A stretch of DNA of 64,000 bases from Patescibacteria group bacterium (GTDB lineage: Bacteria > Patescibacteriota > Minisyncoccia > Moranbacterales > DUUL01), in contig JAYEFY010000048.1 of assembly GCA_034658815.1 (NCBI GenBank), positions 62,020 to 126,019 on the forward strand. The letters are read 5' to 3'. A program made the translations under genes and the position numbers. Below the pieces are notes generated by a model that searched no databases, was not told the origin of the DNA, and saw only the letters and a program-made list of their open reading frames with translations. Positions 47,213-56,840 of this stretch are shown piece by piece; positions within the stretch are counted from its first letter, which is position 1, and each line of letters opens with the position of its first letter.

Positions 47213-48472
47213 ATGCAAACAAAACAGGCCTTTACTATTTATGATATTGAAGCTGATGAATTCAAAACTCCTGTTCAAAGCCTTCCCTTATGGAAACTTT
47301 TACTTGAAGCCAGCGGAGTTTTTGTAGTAATTACGTTTATCGTTTTTTTTATTGCCAACTATCAGTACATTCAAAGCCAGCTTGTCGATTGGAGACAAGT
47401 AAAAACCGATGGGAAAGATTTTGTTAAGGATAATGATAATGATAAAATGCCTGACTGGTGGGAGCAGTCTTACGGGCTTAATACAGCAGACTCAATGGAT
47501 GGGATGAAAGACGAGGATAATGATCTTATGCCGAATATTATGGAGTTTCAATTCGGCACGGATCCGCGAAATCCGGACACTGACGGCGATGGATATTTTG
47601 ACGGTGAAGAATATCTGAATGGGTATAATCCAAATGGAGTTGGAAGAATTGACACGGATAAAGATGGAATTCACGATTGGTGGGAAGAATCGAACGGTCT
47701 CAACAAAAAAGACCCAGCTGATAGCTTGCTTGATTATGATAATGATCAGCTCAATAATAAAGAAGAATATGAATATGGCACTAATCCGCGAAATCCGGAC
47801 ACTGACGGCGATGGTTATTCTGATAAGCAAGAAATTAATAGAGGATCTAATCCAATAGGCCGGGGTTTTCTTAATGAGACATCAAAGAATAGCGGCAAAG
47901 ATAAAGATCTTGATAAGCTTGAAATAGATTACGAAAATTTATTTGGAACAGATCCTGAAAATAGAGACACTGACGGCGACGGTTTTAATGACTATCACGA
48001 GTTGACAAGAGGATATGATCCCTCAGGTTCCGGCATGATAGACGCCGTTATTGAAATTCCATCAATTGATGTCGAGGCGCCGATTATTTGGTCTCAAAGC
48101 GAAAAGGAAAAGGAAATTTTGAATGATCTCAGCGATGGAGTCATTCATTATCCGGGAAGCGCTTTCCCCGGGATGCGCGGCAATGTTTATATAACCGGAC
48201 ACAGCAGTTTTTACAGTTGGAGTAAAAGCTCATGGAAAGAAATTTTTAAAGACATCGAACGGCTGGAAAATGGCGACGAAGTGATATTCCACCTGAAACT
48301 TAAAAATAAAAAAAATATTGATATTGTTTATGAAATTTGCTTGTCGGAAATTGTGCAGCCGGATGACGTTCGCTTGTTCAGAGATTATGAAGGATATGAA
48401 TTGACGCTTGTTACATGCTGGCCGATTGGAACAGATCTTAAACGCCTGATGGTAAAGGGCGTTCTTAAGTAG
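47213..48472 (+). CDS. Sortase with N-terminal Ca-binding (TSP3-like) repeats
   Basis: TM, several GTDP.NPDTDGDGY.D..E repeats, then IPSI, GVIHYPG, GN.YITGHS, LTLVTCWP, R. Confidence 0.9.
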   Translation: MQTKQAFTIYDIEADEFKTPVQSLPLWKLLLEASGVFVVITFIVFFIANYQYIQSQLVDWRQVKTDGKDFVKDNDNDKMPDWWEQSYGLNTADSMDGMKDEDNDLMPNIMEFQFGTDPRNPDTDGDGYFDGEEYLNGYNPNGVGRIDTDKDGIHDWWEESNGLNKKDPADSLLDYDNDQLNNKEEYEYGTNPRNPDTDGDGYSDKQEINRGSNPIGRGFLNETSKNSGKDKDLDKLEIDYENLFGTDPENRDTDGDGFNDYHELTRGYDPSGSGMIDAVIEIPSIDVEAPIIWSQSEKEKEILNDLSDGVIHYPGSAFPGMRGNVYITGHSSFYSWSKSSWKEIFKDIERLENGDEVIFHLKLKNKKNIDIVYEICLSEIVQPDDVRLFRDYEGYELTLVTCWPIGTDLKRLMVKGVLK

Positions 48473-48506
48473 CCGCATTTTAATAATTAATTTTTTTAAT
48501 TTATTA

Positions 48507-49460
48507 TTGCAACGTATTATGGGGTTTATTAAATCACTTAAACAAGATAGCAAAGAATTTGGAATAGCTATTTGGAAATTGCCGGATTTTATCTTTGTAG
48601 CAATGGGTTTGGCAAACATTGTTGTCATGGTCACTACTTATTTTTGGGCATCCGGGTCGGTTAACGATCCTCGAGAAGCTGTACTTTTAGTAGCAGCTGA
48701 ATCAGTGGTTATTTTGATAATCAGTAATGTATTTGTAGAGTCCGCCAAGCGGATCATTGAAATAAACAAACTCAAAAAAGAATTTGTTCAAATAATTTCG
48801 CATCAAATACGTTCGCCGTTAACAGTGATGAAATGGCAAATCGAAATTCTTCAACAGAGCTGTGAAAAGAACTTTACTGAAAAACAAAGGGGGTACGTTA
48901 ATAGAATATTTGAAGAAAATGAGCGGGTCATGGAGATGATCAACGATATTCTCAATATGGCAAGGGTTGAAAAACAATCTGAAGACATGGCTGTTTCCGA
49001 AGTTGTAATTGAGGATTCAATTAAAGAGTGCATTCATATGCTTAGCAGTTTTGCCAAATTCAAGAAAATTCAAATAAATTTTCAAAATGGCAATAAGTCC
49101 CATATTATAGCAGCCGATAGTGAAAAATTAAAAATAGCAGTGGTTAATTTGCTTGAGAACGCAATAAGCTACAGTCTTCGTAACAGCCAAGTCATTATTA
49201 GTGTTAAAGAATCAGGAAATAAAGCTGAAATTATGATAAAAGATAGCGGCATTGGCATAAACAAGAAAGAACAGGAGCTGATATTCCATAAATTTTACCG
49301 TGGAGAAGGAGGAAAAAAGGCTCAACCCAAAGGCACCGGACTCGGATTGTTTATGGTAAAAAAGGTGGTTGAACAAATGAACGGAAAAATTAGATGTAAA
49401 TCAAAAATAAATAAAGGAACAGAATTCTATATTATTTTTCCACTCGCACGTATTATTTAA
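48507..49460 (+). CDS. Membrane sensor histidine kinase
   Basis: SHQIRSPL H-box, NLLENAISY, DSGIG, GTGLGL; start could be ATG 48519. Confidence 0.92.
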   Translation: MQRIMGFIKSLKQDSKEFGIAIWKLPDFIFVAMGLANIVVMVTTYFWASGSVNDPREAVLLVAAESVVILIISNVFVESAKRIIEINKLKKEFVQIISHQIRSPLTVMKWQIEILQQSCEKNFTEKQRGYVNRIFEENERVMEMINDILNMARVEKQSEDMAVSEVVIEDSIKECIHMLSSFAKFKKIQINFQNGNKSHIIAADSEKLKIAVVNLLENAISYSLRNSQVIISVKESGNKAEIMIKDSGIGINKKEQELIFHKFYRGEGGKKAQPKGTGLGLFMVKKVVEQMNGKIRCKSKINKGTEFYIIFPLARII

Positions 49461-49543
49461 AGTATGATATAATAGAACTGTTTCCATAATATCAAGGTGT
49501 TGAATAAGCTAAATTATTTTTTAAATTTCTAACGCCAATTGCC

Positions 49544-49927
49544 ATGGATAAAAAAACGATTCTTATCATTGAAGATGAGCAAGGAATGAGAGACACGCTT
49601 AAAGAATCCATCGAGAATGCGGGGTATCAAACAATTATTGCCGGAGATGGCGAAAAAGGGATCAAACTTGCCAAACAGTACAATTGCGATCTTATTTTAC
49701 TTGATATCATTCTTCCAAAGAAAGACGGATTTGAAGTTCTTCGCGAGCTTAAGATGGATGAAAAAATGAAAGATCTGCCGATTGTTCTAATAACTAATCT
49801 CAGTGAGCCGAGCGATATTCAAAAAGCGCTTGATCTTGGCGCTACAACCTACCTTGTAAAATCAAGCTATTCACTGGCTGATATTGTTGAAAAGATCAAT
49901 AATATTTTAGAGGAACAGAAAAATTAA
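49544..49927 (+). CDS. Single-domain response regulator
   Basis: IIEDE, LILLDIILP..DG, YLVK. Confidence 0.93.
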   Translation: MDKKTILIIEDEQGMRDTLKESIENAGYQTIIAGDGEKGIKLAKQYNCDLILLDIILPKKDGFEVLRELKMDEKMKDLPIVLITNLSEPSDIQKALDLGATTYLVKSSYSLADIVEKINNILEEQKN

Positions 49928-49959
49928 AATATTCAAACAGTCCCATAACATAAACATGT

Positions 49960-51702
49960 ATGAAAGTCGATTCAAAACAACTTCGCGAATTTTTGCTCGA
50001 TTCCGGCCTCATTAGCAAAGAAATTGCTGATGAGGCAGTAAAAAAGGCAAATGCAGGGGGAAATGATCTGGGAAGTGTTCTCTTAGACATGAAGGCGATC
50101 GGCGAAGACGATCTACGGAAAATGTACGCCTATATATTAGGCATACCCTATGTCAGTTTGGAAAAAAAACGGATATCAAAAGACATATTACAATTAATTC
50201 CGGAGCCAATTGCCAGCAAGAATAACATTATTGCTTTCCAAAAAGATGGACAGGAGCTGCGCGTGGCAATGCTCAATCCTGATGATATTCAAACAATTGA
50301 TTTTATTAGAAAAAAAACCGGACTTAAAATTTTAGCTTGCCTTACTTCAAAAAACAGCATCGACACTGTTTTGAAACAGTATAAAAAAAGTCTTCAAGCG
50401 GAATTTGGAGATATTATAAATAAAAGCAGTGAAGAGGCTTCAAGCGATGAAAATCTTGAAAAAATAGCGCAAGATCTTCCAATAATTAAAATTGTTGATA
50501 CCTTGCTTGAACACGCAATTCTTCAACTGGCATCCGATATACATATTGAACCCGATGAAAACGAAGTACATATCCGTTATAGAATAGATGGGATACTGCA
50601 TGATGCGATGACATTGCCTAAGCAAGTTTTACCGGGAATTGTCGCTCGCGTGAAAGTTCTCTCAAACCTTAAACTTGATGAACATCGCGTTCCTCAAGAC
50701 GGAAGATTCAAAATTGAGGAGAATGACAAAAAAATATCATTTCGTGTTTCGATCTTGCCTGTGTTTAACGGAGAAAAGATCGTGATGCGCGTTCTTGATG
50801 AATCATCAAAAGGACTAACGCTGGAAGATATAGGTTTGCGAGGCCGCTCGCTGGAACACGTTCATTCTGTAATAAAAAGGCCAAACGGAATGATCCTGGT
50901 AACCGGTCCAACAGGGAGCGGAAAGACCACAACTTTATATACAACAATGGATATCTTAAATACTCCCGAAGTAAATATTTCAACGATCGAAGATCCAATC
51001 GAATATCGAATGCCAAGAATCAATCAAACACAGGTTAAGTCGAGTGTTGGCATGACATTTGCAAAAGGCCTAAGAGCTCTTTTGCGCCAAGATCCGGATA
51101 TTATTATGATTGGCGAGATTCGAGATGCAGAAACAATGAATATTGCGCTCAATGCGGCCATGACCGGTCATCTTGTACTTTCAACTTTACACACAAACTC
51201 TGCAGCGGCAACAATTCCGCGAATGCTTGATATGAAAGCGGAGGCATTTCTCGTTGCTTCGATAGTTAACGTTATTATTGCGCAGCGTTTAGTGCGAAAG
51301 ATATGTCCTGATTGCAAAACAAAATATTCGCTTGATGAAAATCAGATTGAAAAACTAAGCAAAATGGTCGATTTTAAAAGAATTCTCAAACAACTTGGCA
51401 AATTGAAAGATGCTGAAACGAAAGAAATTCTCCAAATGAATAGTCTTAAGGAAGCGGTTTTCTATAAGGGGAAAGGATGCGAAAGATGTAATAATGAAGG
51501 GTACAAAGGAAGACTTGGAATTTTTGAAGTTCTTGAAGTTTCAGAAGCAATACAGAAACTCATAATTGGCAATGCTACTGCAGCCGAGATAAACAATACG
51601 GCAAGAGAAGAAGGAATGTTTTCTATGTTTGAAGATGGAATTATTAAGGTGTTGCAGGGCACTACAACAATTGAAGAAGTGCTGAGAGTTACAAAGGAAT
51701 AA
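49960..51702 (+). CDS. pilB: Type IV pilus assembly ATPase (PilB/GspE)
   Basis: ASDIHIEP, PQDGR, GPTGSGKTT, LRQDPD, CPDC/CERC, GRLGIFE. Confidence 0.93.
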   Translation: MKVDSKQLREFLLDSGLISKEIADEAVKKANAGGNDLGSVLLDMKAIGEDDLRKMYAYILGIPYVSLEKKRISKDILQLIPEPIASKNNIIAFQKDGQELRVAMLNPDDIQTIDFIRKKTGLKILACLTSKNSIDTVLKQYKKSLQAEFGDIINKSSEEASSDENLEKIAQDLPIIKIVDTLLEHAILQLASDIHIEPDENEVHIRYRIDGILHDAMTLPKQVLPGIVARVKVLSNLKLDEHRVPQDGRFKIEENDKKISFRVSILPVFNGEKIVMRVLDESSKGLTLEDIGLRGRSLEHVHSVIKRPNGMILVTGPTGSGKTTTLYTTMDILNTPEVNISTIEDPIEYRMPRINQTQVKSSVGMTFAKGLRALLRQDPDIIMIGEIRDAETMNIALNAAMTGHLVLSTLHTNSAAATIPRMLDMKAEAFLVASIVNVIIAQRLVRKICPDCKTKYSLDENQIEKLSKMVDFKRILKQLGKLKDAETKEILQMNSLKEAVFYKGKGCERCNNEGYKGRLGIFEVLEVSEAIQKLIIGNATAAEINNTAREEGMFSMFEDGIIKVLQGTTTIEEVLRVTKE

Positions 51703-51705
51703 TAA

Positions 51706-51811
51706 GAAACTGCTGCCAAATTAACTCCTATCAAAAATTGTTAATTTTATTTACCAAGCTGTTCACGAATAGCAGGCATGGCAGGTAGGAAGCTAGCTTG
51801 ATAACAATCCC
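51706..51811. repeat. MITE-like family B copy between pilB and pilC
   Basis: gaaactgctgccaaattaactcc ... ggaagctagcttgataacaatccc. Confidence 0.6.
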
Positions 51812-51818
51812 AATATTT

Positions 51819-53033
51819 ATGGCAAAATTTAGTTATACTGCCAGAAACAAGGCTGGTAAAATACTGAAAGGTAAAATGGATGCCTCTAATCAGCGAGAAG
51901 TCGCTGAAACATTAAAAAAAGACGGATTTTGGTTGACCGGTGTGCGTGAAATTAAACGAAAGAAAAAGGTCGGATCGTCTTTTATGGATAGGTTTGCAAA
52001 AGTTCCGCTTAAAAATAGAATGATCTTTTGCCGGCATTTGGCTGTAATGATCGGTTCGGGACTCACACTCTCTAAGGCATTAACGATCCTCTCTGTTCAA
52101 GAAAAAAATAAAGTATTGAAAACTGTGTGCGGTAAGTTGGCTGCCGATGTTAAAAGAGGAATATCATTTGCCGATGCTCTTGAAAAATTTCCAAATGTGT
52201 TTAACTCAATCTTTTTTTCCATGGTTAGAATGGGAGAAGTGAGCGGTAGCTTAGAAGAGGTTTTAAATATATTGTCTAACCAGCTGGAAAAAGACCATAA
52301 ACTGCTATCTAAAATTAGAGGTGCAATGGTTTATCCGGCTATTATCATTATTGTCATGTTTGTGATCGGAATTCTGATGATGACATTCGTACTTCCAAAG
52401 ATCACTAAAATTTTCGAAGATTTTGATGCCGAACTGCCCATTATGACACAAATTATAATTAGTACAAGTCATTTTATGGCTGACAACTCTTGGAAAGTGG
52501 TTGGAGGAATGGTGATTACCATTATTGGAATTTGTTTTTTTATGAAGACAGCGATTGGAATAAGAATTTTTCACAAATTCTATATCAAAGTCCCGATTTT
52601 TGGATCAATAGTGGTTAAAGTTAACAGCGCTCGTTTTTCAAGGATATTAAGTTCTCTTTTAAAAAGCGGCACCTCGCTTGTTGACTCGCTGCGCATTACA
52701 TCAGAAACACTTGGCAACTATTATTTCAAACGCGCAGTACTACAAGCGTCTAAGGAGGTGCAGAAAGGAGTAACCTTGTCCAGTATTTTAGAAAGGCACA
52801 ATAATATATTTCCCTATCTTGTTGTTCAAATGATCGGGGTTGGTGAAGAGACAGGGAAAACCGATGCTGTGCTGTTAAAACTTGCTCAATTTTATGAAGA
52901 TGAAGTTGATCAAATAACTAAGAATCTCTCTTCAATTATCGAACCGGTTCTAATGGTAATAATCGGTGCGGCTGTTGGATTTTTTGCAATATCAATTATT
53001 TCTCCAATTTACTCAATTATGGATAGCATGTAA
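51819..53033 (+). CDS. pilC: Type IV pilus platform protein PilC/GspF
   Basis: Two T2SSF domains (GEVSGSL, GEETG), AMVYP, IEP; ATG at 51819. Confidence 0.93.
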   Translation: MAKFSYTARNKAGKILKGKMDASNQREVAETLKKDGFWLTGVREIKRKKKVGSSFMDRFAKVPLKNRMIFCRHLAVMIGSGLTLSKALTILSVQEKNKVLKTVCGKLAADVKRGISFADALEKFPNVFNSIFFSMVRMGEVSGSLEEVLNILSNQLEKDHKLLSKIRGAMVYPAIIIIVMFVIGILMMTFVLPKITKIFEDFDAELPIMTQIIISTSHFMADNSWKVVGGMVITIIGICFFMKTAIGIRIFHKFYIKVPIFGSIVVKVNSARFSRILSSLLKSGTSLVDSLRITSETLGNYYFKRAVLQASKEVQKGVTLSSILERHNNIFPYLVVQMIGVGEETGKTDAVLLKLAQFYEDEVDQITKNLSSIIEPVLMVIIGAAVGFFAISIISPIYSIMDSM

Positions 53034-53038
53034 ATATA

Positions 53039-53178
53039 GGAATTGTTTCCAAACCAGTTTCCCTGTTTAGGCGGGATTAGGAAATTTTCCCCAATGACGA
53101 CGATCAACCTGTTTCTTCGGCGGGAGTGAGCAAGATCTTTGTCCGCCCGTATTAGCGGCACGTTTGGGCAGGCTGTCC
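53039..53178. repeat. MITE-like family B copy, reverse orientation
   Basis: ggaattgtttccaaaccagtttccctg and cgggattaggaaatttt are reverse complements of segments of the 34112-34256 copy. Confidence 0.55.
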
Positions 53179-53382
53179 TAGAAAAGAATTTATCCACGCA
53201 TTCATTAATAGGCTCATACTCATGCTCATGGTCTTTTCTGTTTTGCCCGGTCTGCCGCTAGGTCGGACAGGTAGGTGTAGGGGAAAGGGCGGATGAAATT
53301 GCAAGAATAATATAAGTCCGATCCAATCAATGGTAGAAATAAGTTTTCCGCGGCAATCAAGACTCAAAATTGAAGACTATGC

Positions 53383-53410
53383 TTGACGTAAACAATTTTT
53401 CGTGTAGAAT
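53383..53410 (+). promoter_or_regulatory. Sigma70 promoter for rpsA
   Basis: TTGACG-16-TAGAAT. Confidence 0.55.
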
Positions 53411-53519
53411 GGCTTACAGAAAGAAGTCGATACTTATTAGACTTTTTAATTATTAACCACAATGTAAGCACTAAGGCATGCATATGGGCTAATATGCAGC
53501 TTTTTTTGTTAATACTATT

Positions 53520-55037
53520 ATGAGCAAAAATATTTCTGATATTACACAGGAAATTGATGATGTGCTTGAAATGAGCGCATCGGCAAAAAAATCTTTAAAG
53601 AGCAATAAAAATAGTTCTCTAATGAAACAGCTTCTTGAAGATCATCCTATGAAGATGCTGCAAGTCGGTGAAAAAATAGAAGGGCTTGTTGTAGGAATTG
53701 ATTCCAAAGCATTATATATCGATCTTGAATTATTCGGTTCGGGCATTGTCTACGGCAAAGAAATTAAAGATGGCTTTGGGGCAAACAGAAAAAAACTTGA
53801 AATTGGCGATAAAGTTGTGGCTGTTATACAAGATCTTGAAAATGAAGATGGCTATGTCGAGTTATCGATTCGTGAAGCTGTTCTTGAGGAAGTATGGAAG
53901 GATCTTATCCAAAAGAAAGATAGCCGTGAACCGGTTGATACAAAGATTCTTGATGCAAATAAAGGCGGTCTTATGGTTGAAATTAATGGTGTAACGGGAT
54001 TTATGCCCGTAAGCCAGTTGACATCGGAACATTATCCTCGCGTTGAAGACGGGGATAAAAATAAAATTCTTGAGATCTTAAGGACTTATATCGGTACCGA
54101 AATGTCGGTAAGTGTTTTAGATGTTGATCAACAGGAAGACAAACTTATTGTTTCTGAAAAAGAGGCAAATCGTGACAAGGAAAAAACAGCGATTTCCGAG
54201 CTTAAGGTCGGAAATATAATTGAAGGAGACGTGAGCGGGGTTGTTGACTTTGGCGCGTTTGTCAAATTTTTTCCGCCTTCAAAAAAAGGTTCAATGAGAG
54301 AAGAAGATAAACTCGAAGGACTTGTGCATATATCACAACTTGATTGGCAGTTAATTGATGATCCGCGAAAAATTATTAAAGTTGGTGATAGGATCAAAGC
54401 AAAAATTATCTCCATTGATGACACGAGAATTTCACTATCTGTTAGAGATCTCAAGAAAGATCCTTGGGTTGCAGCCAATGAAAAATATGGCAAGGACGAT
54501 ATCGTCAAAGGAAAAGTGCACAAAATCAACCATTTCGGAGCATTTGTATATCTTGATAACGACATTCATGGACTGGCCCATGTTAGCGGTTTTGAAGCAT
54601 ATCCGCAGAAAGGCATAGACGAAATTGTTAAAATAGGTGAGGAATACATGTGGCAAATTATGTCGATAGAGCCAAGCGAGCACCGTATGGGGCTTAAATA
54701 TGCTGGTGAAACCGAAAAAGTGAAGCCCTCTAAAGTTGGCGAACGAAAGGAGATCAGAGAGCCGGGAAATAAAAAAGAAGATAAAAAGAATTTTAAGAAC
54801 AGGAAGAAGAAAGAAGACAAAAAAGAAATGAGAAAAAGCGTGAAAAATGGAGGAGAGCCGAAGGATAAAAAGGAAGAGAGAAAGAAGAAAAAAGACGATG
54901 ATAAAAATGGCAAGAAGAAAAAACGAGACGGTAAGAAAGAATCGGATAAGAAAAAAGAGCCGAAAGATAAGAATGGCGGCGAGAAAAAAGAAAAGAAGGA
55001 TAAAAAGATAAAAACCGATAATAAAAGTCTGTCTTAA
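53520..55037 (+). CDS. rpsA: 30S ribosomal protein S1 (four S1 domains plus Lys-rich tail)
   Basis: NKGGL, GFMPVSQL, DFGAFV, EGLVHISQL, GLAHVS. Confidence 0.9.
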   Translation: MSKNISDITQEIDDVLEMSASAKKSLKSNKNSSLMKQLLEDHPMKMLQVGEKIEGLVVGIDSKALYIDLELFGSGIVYGKEIKDGFGANRKKLEIGDKVVAVIQDLENEDGYVELSIREAVLEEVWKDLIQKKDSREPVDTKILDANKGGLMVEINGVTGFMPVSQLTSEHYPRVEDGDKNKILEILRTYIGTEMSVSVLDVDQQEDKLIVSEKEANRDKEKTAISELKVGNIIEGDVSGVVDFGAFVKFFPPSKKGSMREEDKLEGLVHISQLDWQLIDDPRKIIKVGDRIKAKIISIDDTRISLSVRDLKKDPWVAANEKYGKDDIVKGKVHKINHFGAFVYLDNDIHGLAHVSGFEAYPQKGIDEIVKIGEEYMWQIMSIEPSEHRMGLKYAGETEKVKPSKVGERKEIREPGNKKEDKKNFKNRKKKEDKKEMRKSVKNGGEPKDKKEERKKKKDDDKNGKKKKRDGKKESDKKKEPKDKNGGEKKEKKDKKIKTDNKSLS

Positions 55038-55222
55038 AAGTCCACGCTCTACTGCAAATTCCAGATTCCGGCTGTTCCGAGTGCTCACTCAGGATTTATC
55101 ACTCGTCCCATCACTCGCGAACGATGGAACTCGCTCGCCGCGGCGAGTACTCCGCATATGCTTCCTTGTGCTTCATCCCGCCTCGGCGGGATCGCGGCGA
55201 AAGAAATTTTCAAAACAGGCTT
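55025..55222. mobile_element. MITE-like family A, long copy
   Basis: aagtctgtcttaaaa ... ggcgggatcgcggcgaaagaaattttcaaaacaggctt; flanks TAA/TTA. Confidence 0.65.
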
Positions 55223-55239
55223 TTAGTAATGACAAAGTG

Positions 55240-55803
55240 ATGATTATTTCATTTAATGGTGATCACGGATCCGGTAAAAGCACTATTGCCAAAATGGTTG
55301 CTGAAAAACTTGATTATCCCCGATATTATGCCGGGCAGATCTTTCGTGATATGGCAGAGAAAAATAAAATGTCTCTTGTGGAATATCTAAAGTTGGGTGA
55401 AAAGGACGCCTCGATTGATAAAAATGTTGATGATCATATCATGGAACTTGCGAAAAAAGAGAAAGATTTTGTTGTTGAAAGCCGAACGGCATGGCATTTT
55501 ATCCCAAACTCACTGAAAATTTTTTTAAAAGTTGACGAAGAAGAAGGCGCTCAAAGAATGTTAAAGCATTTGAAAAAATCGAATGCCAGGAGCAATGAGG
55601 ATAAAGGCGTGCAGACAATACAAGATGTGATCGCGAGCAATAGAAGAAGAAAAGAGTCAGACGAAAAAAGGTACAAAAAATATTATAGTATTGATGGCGG
55701 TGATGCGGCTAATTATGATTTTGTTTTAGATACGACAAAGTTGGGTATTCAAGAAGTTTTTTTGAAGACGATCAACTTCATTGATAAAAAAATAAAAAGT
55801 TGA
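55240..55803 (+). CDS. cmk: Cytidylate kinase (archaeal-type)
   Basis: MIISFNGDHGSGKST, G.IFR.MA, VVESR, RY...Y..D; the 55081 extension lies inside the MITE. Confidence 0.85.
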   Translation: MIISFNGDHGSGKSTIAKMVAEKLDYPRYYAGQIFRDMAEKNKMSLVEYLKLGEKDASIDKNVDDHIMELAKKEKDFVVESRTAWHFIPNSLKIFLKVDEEEGAQRMLKHLKKSNARSNEDKGVQTIQDVIASNRRRKESDEKRYKKYYSIDGGDAANYDFVLDTTKLGIQEVFLKTINFIDKKIKS

Positions 55804-55842
55804 TCTTCGCGTGACACTAACTTAACTATTCCAGGCATCTAA

Positions 55843-56826
55843 ATGTCCTTTATTAAAAAAATTCAAAATTTTTCTTTCCATAACAAGCTTTTTTCCAAAG
55901 GAAGCAAGATTATTATTGGAATTTCCGGGGGTCCTGATTCTGTTTGCCTGGCGAGAATTTTTTTAAGTTTAAGAAACAAATGCTCTCTGAAACTGTCGCT
56001 AGTGCACATAAATTATGGTCTGCGAGGCAAGGATTCCATGGAAGACGAAGAATTTGTGAGAAATTTTGCAAACCGGTATTTGTTGAATTTAAGAGTGGTT
56101 GAGTACAAAGATTCTCGAGATACGGAAAATTCCGAGAACGCTTTAAGAAGATTTCGCTACAAAGAGCTCGAAAAAGAAAGAAAGAAAAAGCAGTATGATT
56201 TGATTGCGGTCGGGCACACGCTTGACGACCAAGTAGAAACATTTCTGATGAATATGATGCGCGGAGCGGGACTGGAAGGCCTTGGCGCCATGCGATTTTG
56301 CCGAGGGAATATTGTCCGCCCATTGTCAGCGGCAACAAAAGAAGAGATTATTGGACATCTTGGATGCATCAAACAACCATACAGAATTGACAAAAGTAAC
56401 TTTGACTTGAAGTTTACGAGAAATAAAGTGCGCGCGAAACTTATTCCGTTAATTGAAAAAGAATTTAACCCAAATTTTAAAAAGACAATTTTTTGCTTAA
56501 CAGAAAATATTAGGCGAACAAATAGTGTTGTTGATGAATATTTAGAAACAACGTACAATAGAGTTATCCGGAAGCAAAAAAGGGGACTTTCCGTTGATGT
56601 CAGTTGTTTAAAAGAACTTTCGGATGGGGTTCAAGCGTTATTATTCAGGAAAATCATCAAGTATTTAAAAGGGGATAAGAATAAACTGAACAGCTTGCAC
56701 TTTTTTGAATTTCAAAAAATTATCAAAAGCATAAAGCCAAAGATTCAAAAATGCAAATTTCTGGGAATTGTGATCGAGAAAAGACGTGATAAAATAACAT
56801 TTACACCGCAGAACGATAACTTATAA
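55843..56826 (+). CDS. tilS: tRNA(Ile)-lysidine synthetase
   Basis: SGGPDS, R.FRY, GHTLDDQVET, RPL, D.SN...F.RN..R. Confidence 0.95.
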   Translation: MSFIKKIQNFSFHNKLFSKGSKIIIGISGGPDSVCLARIFLSLRNKCSLKLSLVHINYGLRGKDSMEDEEFVRNFANRYLLNLRVVEYKDSRDTENSENALRRFRYKELEKERKKKQYDLIAVGHTLDDQVETFLMNMMRGAGLEGLGAMRFCRGNIVRPLSAATKEEIIGHLGCIKQPYRIDKSNFDLKFTRNKVRAKLIPLIEKEFNPNFKKTIFCLTENIRRTNSVVDEYLETTYNRVIRKQKRGLSVDVSCLKELSDGVQALLFRKIIKYLKGDKNKLNSLHFFEFQKIIKSIKPKIQKCKFLGIVIEKRRDKITFTPQNDNL

Positions 56827-56840
56827 TTTAAATCTTTTCT

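Noticed and set aside
48507-53033. HK-RR-pilB-pilC as a novel system
   Set aside because: A routine type IV pilus gene arrangement in this kind of genome.
54700-55037. Low-complexity K/E/D tails (rpsA, rpsF, ftsH, ftsK linker)
   Set aside because: Disordered charged extensions are common in CPR proteins, with no distinct repeat unit of note.
55040-55220. GC-rich structured segment as a tRNA or riboswitch
   Set aside because: No T-loop/D-loop consensus or known aptamer; bounded by family A MITE ends.
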